DNA of 64,000 nucleotides, taken from assembly GCA_002269645.1 (NCBI GenBank), contig NIVC01000411.1, positions 1 through 64,000 on the forward strand. The letters run 5' to 3'. Shown one piece after another: positions 30,027-42,414 of this stretch. The notes beneath the pieces were generated by a model, which saw only the letters and a program-made list of their open reading frames with translations, was not told the origin of the DNA and searched no databases. The DNA comes from Macrostomum lignano. Lineage: Eukaryota. The number at the start of each line of letters is the position of its first letter. The stretch's first letter is position 1. Both the position numbers and the translations under genes were made by a program.

Positions 30027-30879
30027 GCAGGCACAGTCTTTGGTGGTTAGAGAAGCAGTCAACGCAGAATCGCAATTCTCAGGCCTCTAAAAGCATCTTG
30101 TACTATTTCGGTTGAAATGTGGAGCAAAAAAGAATTCTGTGCATTCTTGTAGTAGAAATTGGATTAAATAAAGTAAGAGCGAACGAGTGAAGAGAAATTG
30201 CTTCTCTCTCGCCACACGCCACGTATCTAAATTTCTCCGCACGCAGATGGAGAAATCACTCCGGACTGAGGAGATAGCAAAGACAGAGGGGAGTTAAAAA
30301 ATGATTTCGTGACTGCGCGGAGCCGGGAGCCGCACGTTGGATTGGAAGCCAATAGCTAATTACAGGGAGGAAGCAGAACCAGTGTCTCAAGTTCAAGCTG
30401 CATCAAGCCCTAGCAACTTCTCTATGGCCATAGTAGTAAAAAGTAAAAGTTTTCATTTTTATCCTTCAGCTTATTCGCACGCAAGGGCAAAGAGCAAGAA
30501 TTTTGCATCTAAACTCTGAGACAACAAAACTTACGGATATAGTTAGGCACGTCTTCTAATGAATATTTTCAGAGGAAATTACTTTTTATTAATGACCGAC
30601 AATTGGACAACATTGTAATCACGATTATCTCTCGCGCATTCGCTGACTCTCGAAGTCTTCCCGAAGCTTCCCGAATGCGCCCCGATCACGAGCCTTTTAA
30701 AGCACGGCTTTTTAGCGCTTATTGCATGCCTGAATCGTGTTGCAATGACAGTGCCCCAGAAGGGGGCGTAGATTGCTAGTCCAATGTACTAAAATAGAAA
30801 AGTACTAATCTATCCACCCATCTGCCGTCTAAGTAGCTGATTTTAAGGAGAACTATTCAACATATATCCTTAGCTCTAA

Positions 30880-31130
30880 CAATAATAATAATAATTAAGA
30901 TTACACCTGCTCCAATTGGGACAAGTGTGCAACTGACAGCTCAGCCGCAGCTATTGCGCGGTGCATCTGAAGGCTGCGTACGGCTGTTCAATCCAAGGGC
31001 TGGGGGGTCGCCACATACGATTACCCTCAATTACCCCAGATAACGCTGGTACCCATTTTCAAGCCGGGTGGACTGAAGCAATGCAAAGTTAAGCGTCTTG
31101 CTCAAGGACACAGATAGTTCCAGTGGGATC
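30880..31130 (-). mobile_element. tRNA-derived SINE, 5'-truncated copy with (ATT)n tail
   Basis: Matches the 51403-51722 copy in the central (CTTGAGCAAGACGCTTAAC...AAAATGGGTACC) and 3' (GCAGGTGTAATC) regions. Confidence 0.8.
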
Positions 31131-32129
31131 GGCTGAAGATCCGGACTATCCACGAAGAAAACGACAAATGAGAATTTAACCAGAGTCCAAAGAAATTTTG
31201 TTAAAACTGAATGAATGCTTCAATACTTCGGCGGTCTTAAATGTGCTTTGATTTTTCGACCTAGTAGAGCGTATGTCTACTATGAGTAGCAAAACAAAGT
31301 AATTCAACGCTAAAAAGCTTCTAGAAGAAAAATAGAAATCGAAAAAATGGACCCAGCTCAGCTAATTAAGGAGGCTTTGAACGCAAATGTCCTTGTTAAG
31401 ACTGACACAGACACCTGTCGGTTGCGCAGTAAAACTGAAACTACGAGCTAGTTGCAATGCAAATCACCTTCGCCATGAGCTTCGGTTGGCTGTCAATCGC
31501 TTCTGGACGCCTCATAAATGCGTGTATTTTTCAGCTATCAATATTACGCTTCAATTTGTCAAGCAGGCAGTGCTTGTACATTCTGTACACTCTAGGTCAA
31601 ATGAGAGGCGAGATGAGAGATGAGAGAGGAGAAGAGAGATGAGAGACACAAACCTTGAGCGGGCTGGATGGCTATTGTGAAGTTTCAAAGGACCCGAGAG
31701 CCGGATAGAGAGGGCTCTCGGCGTTTGAGCTGTAGGCCGGCATCGGCAAAAGTTCTGCTAAAATATATCGATACCGCAGTCAGACAATCAGCGAGGATGC
31801 AATCTGGCTTGTGATTACCGCTACACCCGGAGCAAACGCACGCACACTCACAAAGGGTTTGTACACCTGCCCCGAGCTAACATGACGATAAAATAGAAAC
31901 ATTTAATTGAATATTATATTTCGTATTGGAAAAATGTTTTTTCTAAAGTAGCAAAAAACACCGGACAAAAAAACTGGCAGAGCTGAATGAAATAAAACAG
32001 GAGTGAAAAACGCAAAACTGGAAAATGCACAAAGCAATCAGATTCGCTGCTGCTAGCAGAGTCTACAGCATCAGAAATGAGCAAAACTTGCTGAAACTAC
32101 GAAGGAATAACTACGTTCTGAAAATTAGA

Positions 32130-32680
32130 ATCCGTTGCTAGGGAGAGTGTTGCTATAATCAAAATCCGTTGCTAGGGAGTGTGTTGCTATAATCAAAATA
32201 CGTTGCTAGGGAGTGTTGCTATAATCAAAATCCGTTGCTAGGGAGTGTTGCTATAATCAAAATCCGTTGCTAGGGAGTGTGTTGCTATAATCAAAATCCG
32301 TTGCTAGGGAGTGTGTTGCTATAATCAAAATCCGTTGCTAGGGCGTGTGTTGCTATAATCAAAATACGTTGCTAGGGAGTGTTGCTATAATCAAAATCCG
32401 TTGCTAGGGAGTGTTGCTATAATCAAAATCCGTTGCTAGGGAGTGTTGCTATAATCAAAATCCGTTGCTAGGGAGTGTGTTGCTATAATCAAAATCCGTT
32501 GCTAGGGAGTGTGTTGCTATAATCAAAATCCGTTGCTAGGGGGACAGTGTCGCTAAAATCAAAATACGTTGCTAGGGAGACAGTGTCGCCATAATCAGAA
32601 TACGTTGCTAGGGAGACAGTGTCGCCATAATCAGAATACGTTGCTAGGGAGACAGTGTCGCCATAATCAGAATCCGTTGC
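32130..32680 (+). repeat. 32-34 bp minisatellite (AATCAAAATCCGTTGCTAGGGAGTGTGTTGCTAT)
   Basis: Direct reading. Confidence 0.95.
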
Positions 32681-32759
32681 TGTGAGGTTTACATCACACA
32701 CGCTTTTCACTGGATAAATACTAGTTATAGTTTACAGTTCTGTGGCTAGGAAACCTTTG

Positions 32760-33000
32760 CTATAGGACGCGTTTTGCAATCTTGACAACGGAGCGGAGGG
32801 CCAGCGCGGTGAAGCCGGCGGTGCCCATCCAGATGGCCAATCGTAGCGGGAGGCTGTGCCGCAGGCGGCTGTGCGGCTCCAGCCAGAACTCTTCGCTGTC
32901 CGCCAGCTCCTTGGCGAGATCGCGAGCACCAGCAAATGACGACATGGCGATGAGGATCTGCCGGCCGGAGTTCAGGCTGCGCAGGCCGGCCAGACCGAAT
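32760..33000 (-). CDS. PNLDC1: PARN/PNLDC1-like nuclease, last exon (RRM-like remnant + hydrophobic C-terminal tail)
   Basis: Acceptor CCGCAG|A is phase-compatible with exon 4. FGLAGLRSLNSGRQILIAMSSF...LAIWMGTAGFTALALRSVVKIAKRVL*. Confidence 0.7.
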
Positions 33001-33039
33001 CTGCGGCGGACAGGGTTCGATTCTGAGGGTTAAAAACTA

Positions 33040-34260
33040 TTCACACAACTCCATACCATTCGCACAATTCCCTGACCTCCAGACTATTCCCTGAACATTC
33101 ACACAATTCCTTGACTATTCACACAATTCCCTGACCACTCACACAATTCCCTGATGATTCACACAATTTCCTGACCACATTCACACAATTTCCTGACCAC
33201 ATTCACACAATTTCCTGACCACTCACACAATTCCCTGATGATTCACACAATTTCCTGACCACATTCACACAATTTCCTGACCACATTCACACAATTTCCT
33301 GACCAATCACACAATTCACTAACCATTTGTCCAATTAACTAACCATACACACAATTCACTAACCATACATACAATTCTCTGACTATTCACACAATTCACT
33401 AACCATTTGTCCAATTCACTAACCATTCACACAGTTCACTAACCATTCACACAATTCACTAACCATACATACAATTAACTAACTATTCACACAATTCATT
33501 AACCATTTACAAAATTCACTAACCATTCACACAATTCACTAACCATACATACAATTAACTAACTGTTCACACAATTCATTAACCATTTACAAAATTCACT
33601 AACCATTCACACAATTCACTAACCATTCACACAATTCACTAACCATACATACAATTAACTAACTATTCACACAATTCATTAACCATTTACAAAATTCACT
33701 AACCATTCACACAATTCACTAACCATTCACACAATTCACTAACCATACATACAATTAACTAACTATTCACACAATTCATTAACTATTCACACAATTCATT
33801 AACCATTTACAAAATTCACTAACCATTCACACAATTCACTAACCACACATACAATTAACTAACTATTCACACAATTCATTTACCATTTACAAAATTCACT
33901 AACCATTTACACAATTCACTAACCATTCACACAATTCACTAACCATACATACAATTAACTAACTATTCACACAATTCATTAAACATTTACAAAATTCACT
34001 AACCATTCACACAATTCACTAACCATACATACAATTAACTAACTATTCACACAATTCATTAACTATTCACACAGTTCACTAACCATTCACACAATTCACT
34101 AACCATTTACACAATTCACTAACCATTCACACAATTCACTAACCATACATACAATTAACTAACTATTCACACAATTCATTTACCATTTACAAAATTCACT
34201 AACCATTTACAAAATTCACTAACCATTTACACAATTCACTAACCATTCACACAATTCACT
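33040..34260 (+). repeat. 20-bp minisatellite (CACAATTCACTAACCATTCA) filling an intron
   Basis: Direct reading; variant units recur in 80-100 bp blocks. Confidence 0.95.
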
Positions 34261-34295
34261 GCCTATCTAATCCCCATCAAAATAGCAAAGCTCAC

Positions 34296-34491
34296 ATAGC
34301 CACCAGATCCCTAACCCAGAGCAGATCGATGGGGCCGCCGTCCCACCTGCGCAGCACGAGAACGGGCGGCCGGCGCGACTTGGGATCGGGCGCGTCCAGC
34401 TTCACGCAGTGTTGCTTGGCTTTGATGAGGTTGACGCAGTTCGCCCGGCTCTCCAGCACTCGCCTGTAGGCGGCAAAGCTTGGACGACGGA
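34296..34491 (-). CDS. PNLDC1: PARN/PNLDC1-like nuclease, exon 4
   Basis: Acceptor CGCAG|TC (phase 1), donor AT|GTGAG (phase 2). NCVNLIKAKQHCVKLDAPDP resembles the PARN segment after the nuclease domain. Confidence 0.7.
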
Positions 34492-34570
34492 CTGCGAAAG
34501 GCATTCGAGAGAAGGTGTTTATATTGGATAGTTAAGTTTATAATATTTTCGAATTTCGAAATCTTTCCGG

Positions 34571-35700
34571 GGGTAGCTAGATTAAGCGCGCCAGGAACAA
34601 GCGCGCATTTTCGCACATATTTTACATGGTTCGGAATAAGCGCGCAGGAGAACGGACCAAAATCAGAATAAGCGCGCAGTATTTTTGATCGATACAGGAA
34701 AAAGCGCGCAGGGTAAAATTTTACCCGCTTTCAGAATGAGCGCGCAGCTGCTTTTGTACTGACGGGATTAAGCGCGCAAATGATGATTTTAACTGACTGA
34801 CTGCAGGGGCCTGAAATTTTCAAAGGGCATGGGCCTTTAGGCTCAATATCTGACTGACTAGCCACAGTTGGCTCTCTCGGCTTCTGATTGGCTGCAGGGG
34901 AGAGGGGTGCAATGTACAGTGCCCAGCGCATGGAGCGTGCAAATCAGGTTGTGCGCCTGATATGACTTACATTTTCAATTGCGGCGTTTAAAAGCCGATT
35001 ACACTGCGATCAAATTATTCAGTGTTACTTCTAGCTATGGAGTGCATAGAAGGAAACCTTCGCGGTTCAAAACTTTTTGTAAAGGACGAATTCGTCTATC
35101 GAAAAGACAGTGGCAGAGATAGAAGCAAAGTCGGTTTCCGCTGCTGCGACAAACACTGTCCTGGTCGCCTACTGCAGCGTACTGAAGCAGCCGGCTCTGG
35201 ACTCTCAGCCTGTCTCGTATCAGCAGCTCCAGCCGGCTCTGGACTCTCAGCCTGTCTCGTATCAGCAGCTCAAGCCGGCTCTGGACTCTCAGCCTGTCTC
35301 GTATCAGCAGCTCCAGCCGGCTCTGGACTCTCAGCCTGTCTCGTATCAGCAGCTCAAGCCGGCTCTGGACTCTCAGCCTGTCTCGTATCAGCAGCTCCAG
35401 CCGGCTCTGGACTCTCAGCTTTTAGCAATTTTAACTTTGTAACCTTGCTTCGTCTTAAATACATAGTTTAAATTCGACTTTAATCTTAGTTCTGTTGAAA
35501 ATCTGTGCGCGCTTATTCCAGGACTTTTAAAAAACGTTGCGCGCTCTTTCCTGTACCTAGGAATGTGGATGCGCGCTTATTACAGTATTTTGATATATCG
35601 CAGCGCGCTTATTCCAACATTTTTCCCTGCGCGCTTATTCCGACGTGTGCAAAAATATACACGTGCGCGCTTATTCCTGGCGCGATTAATCAGCCCTCCC
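34571..35700 (+). mobile_element. Non-autonomous MULE-like DNA transposon with long repeat-rich TIRs and a FLYWCH remnant
   Basis: Termini GGG..GATTAA.CGCGCCAGG are inverted; ATAAGCGCGCA motifs repeat in inverted orientation at both ends. Direct repeat CTTTCCGG at 34563-70 and 35701-08 (8-bp TSD). Internal ORF LFVKDEFVYRKD......FRCCDKHCPGRL. Confidence 0.75.
35186..35420 (+). repeat. 42-bp in-frame minisatellite inside the MULE-like element
   Basis: CAGCCGGCTCTGGACTCTCAGCCTGTCTCGTATCAGCAGCTC, about 5.5 copies. Confidence 0.93.
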
Positions 35701-35774
35701 CTTTCCGGATATAGCTTGGAGATTCCCAACAAGCTTTAGAGATTCTGGGGTAGCATGGAAATTCTTATGTAGCT

Positions 35775-36115
35775 TCAGAAATCCTGGGTAGCTTAGGGAT
35801 TCCTATGTAGCTTGGGGATTCCTGTATAGCTTGGGGATTCCTGTATAGCTTGGGGATTCCTGTATAGCTTGGGGATTCCTGTATAGCTTGGGGATTCCTG
35901 TATAGCTTGGGGATTCCTGTATAGCTTGGGGATTCCTGTATAGCTTGGGGATTCCTGTATAGCTTGGGGATTCCTGTATAGCTTGGGGATTCCTGTATAG
36001 CTTGGGGATTCCTGTATAGCTTGGGGATTCCTGTATAGCTTGGGGATTCCTGTATAGCTTGGGGATTCCTGTATAGCTTGGGGACTCCTATGTAGCTTGG
36101 GGATTCCTGGGAATC
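35775..36115 (+). repeat. 19-bp minisatellite (GTATAGCTTGGGGATTCCT)
   Basis: Starts ~25 bp from the exon 3 donor. Confidence 0.95.
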
Positions 36116-36134
36116 CTGAGTCCTGAAAGCTCAC

Positions 36135-36717
36135 CAAACTCGACTCCTCCGCTGTCGCTGCTGACCGCAGAAACCGCAGTGGCAGGAGGCCTCAGGCTGA
36201 GCAGCAGCATCCGATGCGACACGCGCAGGAACACCTCCCCGGCCATGAAGGCGTCCCAACCGGCCCGGTGCGCGGCCGCCCACGAGCCGCCGCCGCCGCC
36301 CCCACTGGTCGCTGAGGACTCGGCCAGGCCCAGCTGCCTGATTGTCGGCGCCGAGCCCGCGCCGCCGGCGGCGTCCAAAGCCGTCAGAGCGTCGCGCGCC
36401 TCCTCCAGCGAGCCGATAGGCAGCGAATTGAATTTACACGCGCTGCGAAACTCGTACAGCAGGTGCTTCGTGTCCCACACTAGCGGGGTCAGCCGGTGGA
36501 AACTCTCCGCTTTCCAAGCCTCGTAGTCAACTGGCAGCGGCCTGTAGAAGTACTCGTACATGGCCAGCAAGTCTAGGAAGCAGTTGTGCCCGACCAGCGG
36601 CTTGCGCAGGTTCACCAGGGCGCGGAACACCCGCGAGAAGCCGACGCAGCGGAGCGCAAACGATTCGGTCTCGGCGACATCGTCTGAGGCGCCGACAACG
36701 GCGGCCGAGGTGGAATC
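36135..36717 (-). CDS. PNLDC1: PARN/PNLDC1-like nuclease, exon 3 (CAF1/DEDDh C-terminal half)
   Basis: LVGHNCFLDLL..Y.YFY.PLP, WDTKHL, HRAGWDAFMAG; donor G|GTGAG. The acceptor could alternatively lie 24 nt further upstream. Confidence 0.85.
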
Positions 36718-36814
36718 CTGCTTTGAAGCGATTGATGATACCTTTGTTTGTAGAATCTTTAATAGCATCAGACTAATTGAACTTATATTGTGCTTATATA
36801 CTAATATAACTTAT

Positions 36815-37021
36815 ATCCAAGGACTCGGGGGTCGCTACACACAGCCTCAATTACCCCAGCTACTGCTGGTAACCCTTTTTACAGCTGGGTGAACTGAAGC
36901 AATGCAGAGTTAAGTGTCCGACCGCAGCTCATGGACACAAATTATTCCGAGTGGATCGAGAATCGAACCCCCGACCTTTCAGTCGCGGGTTCGACACTTT
37001 AACCTCTAGGCTACAAGCCCT
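36815..37021 (-). mobile_element. tRNA-derived SINE copy
   Basis: Box A TAGCCTAGAGG, box B GGTTCGATTC, and the shared central domain. Confidence 0.8.
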
Positions 37022-37439
37022 GGTCCTAGGTGAAAAAGTGTCCTAGTGTCACTAGCGTCGCCCCAGAGTATCTGAGTCGTGCCAGGGTCGCTGTAGAATC
37101 ACGGAGTTGCGTCTAAAGCGCATCTGCGTCACATTGTGAATCAGAATCGTATTTCGCATTTATTACACAACTCTTTTTAGTCTACTTGAGTCAGTAGACA
37201 GTTAAGCGCTAGTGACTCAACAGTCGCTTCTCCATCATCTCTACAGTTGTTTGAGCGTTAAAAGGTCACAAGAGTGGTTCCAGAATCGCTAGAGTCACTA
37301 GTGAGTTGTTTGCAATGACTTTCAGCGATTCTTGTCACCGTAACGTTTTCAACGGGTTGCGTAGGTGTCACAGGGTGCCTTATTAATAACGGTTGCTTTG
37401 AGTCCTAGCATGTCATTTACTGTTTCCCTGTGTTCTCTT

Positions 37440-37810
37440 TCTCACTCTCTCCTCCAATTCCCAGCTCCCCCATTTTCCATTTCACTCTCCTCCCGAATTC
37501 CCAGCTCCCCCATTTTCCATCTCACTCTCCTCCCGAATTCCCAGCTCCCCCATTTTCCATCTCACTCTCCTCCCGAATTCCCAGCTCCCCCATTTTCCAT
37601 CTCACTCTCCTCCCGAATTCCCAGCTCCCCCATTTTCCATCTCACTCTCCTCCCGAATTCCCAGCTCCCCCATTTTCCATCTCACTCTCCTCCCGAATTC
37701 CCAGCTCCCCCATTTTCCATCTCACTCTCCTCCCGAATTCCCAGCTTCCCCATTTTCCATCTCACTCTCCTCCCGAATTCCCGGCTCCCCCATTTTCCAT
37801 CTCACTCTAC
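37440..37810 (+). repeat. 40-bp minisatellite (CTCACTCTCCTCCCGAATTCCCAGCTCCCCCATTTTCCAT) followed by a CT-rich tract
   Basis: Direct reading. Confidence 0.95.
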
Positions 37811-38197
37811 CTCTCCCCTTTTCCCTCTATTCCCCTTCTCTCTCTCCCAATCTCTATTTTCTCTCCCTCTCCCTCTCTTTTTCTCTCCCTCTCCCTCTCT
37901 TTTTCTCTCCCTCTCCCTCTTCCTCTTCTCTCCCACTCCCTCTCTCTCTTTTCTCTCCCACACTCTCTCCCTTTCCCTCTACCTTTCCCCCTCTCTCCCT
38001 CTTACTCTAACCCCCCGATCCCTCTACCTCTACTCCAGTATTTAACGTATTTTCGCTACATGTTCGTAGTTGATTCTATAGTAGCTTAATGTGAATTACT
38101 TAATTTACACAACATATCGGCAGTTAGCCTACACACAGACGAGATTTAAAGGACAACTCAGAGCAGTAATTATAACTAGCTCTTCGTAGCTAATCAC

Positions 38198-38471
38198 CTG
38201 ACGCTGGCGCACCACCCATAGCACGCATCCGTCTGGCTGAATCGTGTCGGCAGCGGCAGCTTCAGCTCTGCAGTAGCCATCGCCAGTCTGTCCCAGGTTG
38301 CCACCAACGGGCGGCTCGCAGCGCAGCAGCAGCTGGCAGCCATCGGCCGGCCGTTGTAGGCGAGCGGCCAGGGCCACCCGAACGCCTAACGAGCTGACGC
38401 AGCCGATGCGGCGGACAGGGATTCGAACCTCGGCAGACGGGTCCGGGGCGGCCGACAGCAGGTTGGAGATC
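38198..38471 (-). CDS. PNLDC1: PARN/PNLDC1-like nuclease, exon 2
   Basis: GC-rich open frame. Acceptor TTAG|G (phase 2) matches exon 1; donor CAG|GTGATT (phase 0) matches exon 3. Confidence 0.65.
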
Positions 38472-38639
38472 CTAACGCGGTTGAGCGGATATATTTTTAG
38501 TTGCTTTGACTATATTTAGAGCTTGATTGGCATTTAAGTAGCTTAGAGAGTTGAATGTGCTTCGAGATTAAAGAGGCTTTAAGATTTTTAAATAAAGGGT
38601 TTTGAAGAGCTTTGGGATTCTCTGGTCCCAGAGAAAACG

Positions 38640-39145
38640 GTAGATTAGGGATTTGGAAGGATTGAGAATATACAGGTAGATTAGGGAGTTGGGGGACTAG
38701 GAATACACAGGTAGATTAGGGAATTGGGGGATTAGGAATACATAAGTAGATTAGGGAGTTGAGGGATTAGGAATATACGGGTAGATTAGGGAATTGGGGG
38801 ATTAGGAATACATAAGTAGATTAGGGAGTTGGGGGACTAGGAATACACAGGTAGATTAGGGAGTTGAGGGATTAGGAATTTACGGGTAGATTAGGGAGTT
38901 GAGGGATTAGGAATTTACGGGTAGATTAGGGAGCTGAGGGATTAGGAATTTACGGGTAGATTAGGGAGCTGAGGGATTAGGAATTTACGGGTAGATTAGG
39001 GAGCTGAGGGATTAGGAATTTACGGGTAGATTAGGGAGCTGAGGGATTAGGAATTTACGGGTAGATTAGGGAGTTGAGGGATTAGGAATTTACGGGTAGA
39101 TTAGGGAGTTGAGGGATTAGGAATACACAGGTAGATTAGGGAGTT
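38640..39145 (+). repeat. ~34-bp minisatellite (GGTAGATTAGGGAGTTGAGGGATTAGGAATTTACG)
   Basis: Direct reading. Confidence 0.92.
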
Positions 39146-39179
39146 AGATCCCAGGGAATTAAGAAGACTAAGACCTCAC

Positions 39180-39703
39180 CTCTCAGCCTCGGCAGCCAGT
39201 TCGCATTCATCAGCGGCGCCAAGCGGTTCAACGCCGGTGCCGCCAGAGCCACCGCCGGCATTCAATAGACGCCGAAGCTGCGCCTCCTGCGCCTCATTCA
39301 AATAGTACACGCCGCAGTCCACCACCCGGTTCAGGTCCAGGCCGTGGCGCCTCAGGAACTCCAGGCTGGCCGCGGTGCAGACGAACTCCCTGCCCAGCGG
39401 CTCGAACGTGGCCGGATACAGCGGGACATTGAACACGCGAGCCTCCCACTGATTGTCGAAGCCGCCGCCGTCGCCGACTGAAACCCGACGGAATGCGGCC
39501 AGGCCGAATTCCAGCACGGCGCTCTGGCGCAGAGCGGCGCGGCACTTGGCGTAGCGCTCGGCGGGGGTGTCGAAGAAGCTTCGCCTGGCCGAGGCCGTCT
39601 CGATGCCCGTGTACTCGCCGTCTATGGCGACAAAGTCGGCCGAAGAGATCGAGTCCAGAATGGTTGCCAGGTCGGATTCGAAACTCTGCCGGGTCACCTC
39701 CAT
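39180..39703 (-). CDS. PNLDC1: PARN/PNLDC1-like nuclease, exon 1 (CAF1 N-terminal half)
   Basis: MEVTRQSF..., ADFVAIDGEYTG (ExoI), FDTPAERY, FGLAAF, SLEFL..HGLDLN...GVYYL; donor AG|GTGAG. Confidence 0.88.
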
Positions 39704-40315
39704 TGTTGCAGGGTCTGAGGGTTCAGGATTGTTGCAGGGTCTGAGGGTTCAGGAATGTTGCAGGGTCTGAGGGTTCAGGATTGTTGCAGGGTCTGAGGGT
39801 TCAGGATTGTTGCAGGGTCTGAGGGTTCAGGATTGTTGCAGGGTCTGAGGGTTCAGGATTGTTGCAGGGTCTGAGGGTTCAGGATTGTTGCAGGGTTTGA
39901 GGGTGAATTGTTGCAGGGTCTGAGGGTGAATTGTTGCAGGGTCTGAGAGTGAATTGTTGCAGGGTCTGAGGGTGAATTTTTGCAGGGTCTGAGGGTGAAT
40001 TGTTGCAGGGTTTGAGGGTGAATTGTTGCAGGGTCTGAGAGTGAATTGTTGCAGGGTCTGAGAGTGAATTGTTGCAGGGTCTGAGGGTGAATTGTTGCAG
40101 GGTCTGAGAGTGAATTGTTGCAGGGTCTGAGAGTGAATTGTTGCAGGGTCTGAGGGTGAATTGTTGCAGGGTCTGAGAGTGAATTTTTGCAGGGTCTGAG
40201 GGTGAATTGTTGCAGGGTCTGAGGGTGAATTGTTGCAGGGTATGAGGGTGAATTGTTGCAGGGTCTGAGGGTGAATTGTTGCAGGGTCTGAGGGTGAATT
40301 TTTGCAGGGTCTGAG
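39704..40315 (+). repeat. 23/26-bp minisatellite (TTGTTGCAGGGTCTGAGGGTGAA) abutting the nuclease start codon
   Basis: Direct reading. Confidence 0.95.
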
Positions 40316-40563
40316 ACTTAACAATTGAAATCTATCGTAGATTAATAGATTCCTCAATGTAAGGCTAGCATTGCATTAAAAAAGTGAACACAAACACGGT
40401 AGAAAATTTAATCGCAGCTATTTCGCGCACACAGCAGCTAAAAGTAAAAAAGCAGCGCGATGACAGAAAAAATGCTAACAAACTTCTGACGGAGGAACCG
40501 CTCTTTATTTGAACTAATCCGGGCATCTTAATTGATTACAGAGAACTGCCAGTAAGTCATAAA

Positions 40564-40635
40564 TTATGAAGCGGCTTGTCGTTCTGTCGTCCGCTTGGTT
40601 TGGCCAGCTTGCTGAGCTGATGAAGCATCCAGTTT
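40564..40635 (-). CDS. MRPS35: Probable last coding exon of MRPS35
   Basis: Acceptor TTTGCAG| in phase 0 gives KLDASSAQQAGQTKRTTERQAAS*; AATAAA (minus strand) at 40504-09. Confidence 0.5.
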   Translation of the reverse strand, partial: KLDASSAQQAGQTKRTTERQAAS

Positions 40636-40664
40636 CTGCAAACGATATGGTGTAGTAATTAAAA

Positions 40665-41890
40665 TGTCCATTTCTAGCTAAAGTATATGCCATTATCTCA
40701 GAATGCATTTCTAGCTAAAGAATATGCCATTATCTCAGAATGCCTTTCTAGCTAAAGAATATGGCATTATCTCAGAATGCCTTTCTAGCTAAAGAATATG
40801 CCATTATCTCAGAATGCCTTTCTAGCTAAAGAATATGGCATTATCTCAGAATGCCTTTCTAGCTAAAGAATATGGCATTATCTCAGAATGCCTTTCTAGC
40901 TAAAGAATATGGCATTATCTCAGAATGCCTTTCTAGCTAAAGAATATGGCATTATCTCAGAATGCCTTTCTAGCTAAAGAATATGCCATTATCCCAGAAA
41001 TGCCATTCCTAGCTACAGAATGTGCCATTATCCCAGAAATGCCATTCCTAGCTACAGAATGTGCCATTATCCCAGAAAGAAATGCCATTCCTAGCTACAG
41101 ACATGAATGTGCCATTATCCCAGAAATGCCATTCCTAGCTACAGACATGAATGTGCCATTATCCCAGAAATGCCATTCCTAGCTACAGACAGTGAATGTG
41201 CCATTATCCCAGAAATGCCATTCCTAGCTACAGACAGTGAATGTGCCATTATCTTAGACTGCCGTTTCTTGCAACAGACACTGAATGTGCCATTATCCCA
41301 GAATACCATTTCCAGCTACAGACAGTGAATGCGCCATTATCCCAGAATACCATTTCTAGCTACAGGCACTGAATGTGCCATTATCCCAGAATGTCATTTC
41401 CAGCTACAGACACTGAATGTGCCATTATCCCAGAATACCATTTCCAGCTACAGACACTGAATGTGCCATTATCCCAGAATGCCATTTCCAGCTACAGACA
41501 CTGAATGTGCCATTATCCCAGAAATGCCATTCCTAGCTACAGAATGTGCCATTATCCCAGAAAGAAATGCCATTCCTAGCTACAGACACTGAATGTGCCA
41601 TTATCCCAGAAATGCCATTTCTAGCTACAGACACTGAATGTGCCATTATCCCAGAAATGCCATTTCTAGCTACAGACACTGAATGTGCCATTATCCCAGA
41701 AATGCCATTCCTAGCTACAGACACTGAGTGTGCCATTATCCCAGAATGCCATTTCCAGCTACAGACACTGAATGTGCCATTATCCCAGAATGCCATTTCT
41801 AGCTACAGACACTGAATGCGCCATTATCCCAGAATGCCATTTCTTGCTACAGACACTGAATGTGCCATTATCCCAGAATGCCATTCCTTG
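40665..41890 (+). repeat. 39-45 bp minisatellite with a unit gradient (GCCATTATCCCAGAAATGCCATTCCTAGCTACAGACACTGAATGT)
   Basis: Fills an MRPS35 intron; the unit changes progressively along the array. Confidence 0.95.
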
Positions 41891-41913
41891 CAAGAGACAC
41901 GATCATAACCAAC

Positions 41914-42367
41914 CTTAACAGGGCCGCCACCGCCGCCGCCTCCACCCTTGCCGATTCCCAGCAGGAACTCAACAGCCCGGCCGTACTGCCGCAGACTGTC
42001 GTGAGTCTCTCCAGTGCCGCCATTCTCCGGCTGCCTATGCAGTTTAATCAGCGCATTGCGATAGTGAGTCACAGCATTAGTCGCGGGTTTGTTAGCCAGT
42101 TTGGCCAGCTTCTTCTGGCTCGAACTGCCGTCAAATTCGTAGCGTTGATTGTCGATCCAGGCTTTGCCGGACTCCCAAGACTCGTGGCGCAGCGACTGGC
42201 TGTACAGAGCCGACAGGGCATAAATCAGATAGTCGTAGTTCTGGAAGCGCCAAGGACACCGGTCTGACCACATGCGCAGGTGGCGGACCCGGGAGGAGCC
42301 AACAAACTGTGTGTCCACTTTGGCAAAGTTGGAGAAGCTCACCAGACAGAGCAGCTTCTCGAGGGAT
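41914..42367 (-). CDS. MRPS35: Mitochondrial ribosomal protein S35, exon 2
   Basis: Acceptor CCAG|A (phase 2) gives RSLEKLLCLV. SDRCPWRFQNYDY..Y.L..LY..S...ESWE matches the MRPS35 family. Confidence 0.88.
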
Positions 42368-42414
42368 CTGGATTGGGGAGGGGTGATGGCACAGTTGGTT
42401 TAAATAGTTGATTC

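Noticed and set aside
36940-37021. tRNA-like sequences here and at 47063, 47660, 48020 and 51405
   Set aside because: Box A/B heads continue into a shared SINE body and lack a complete cloverleaf.
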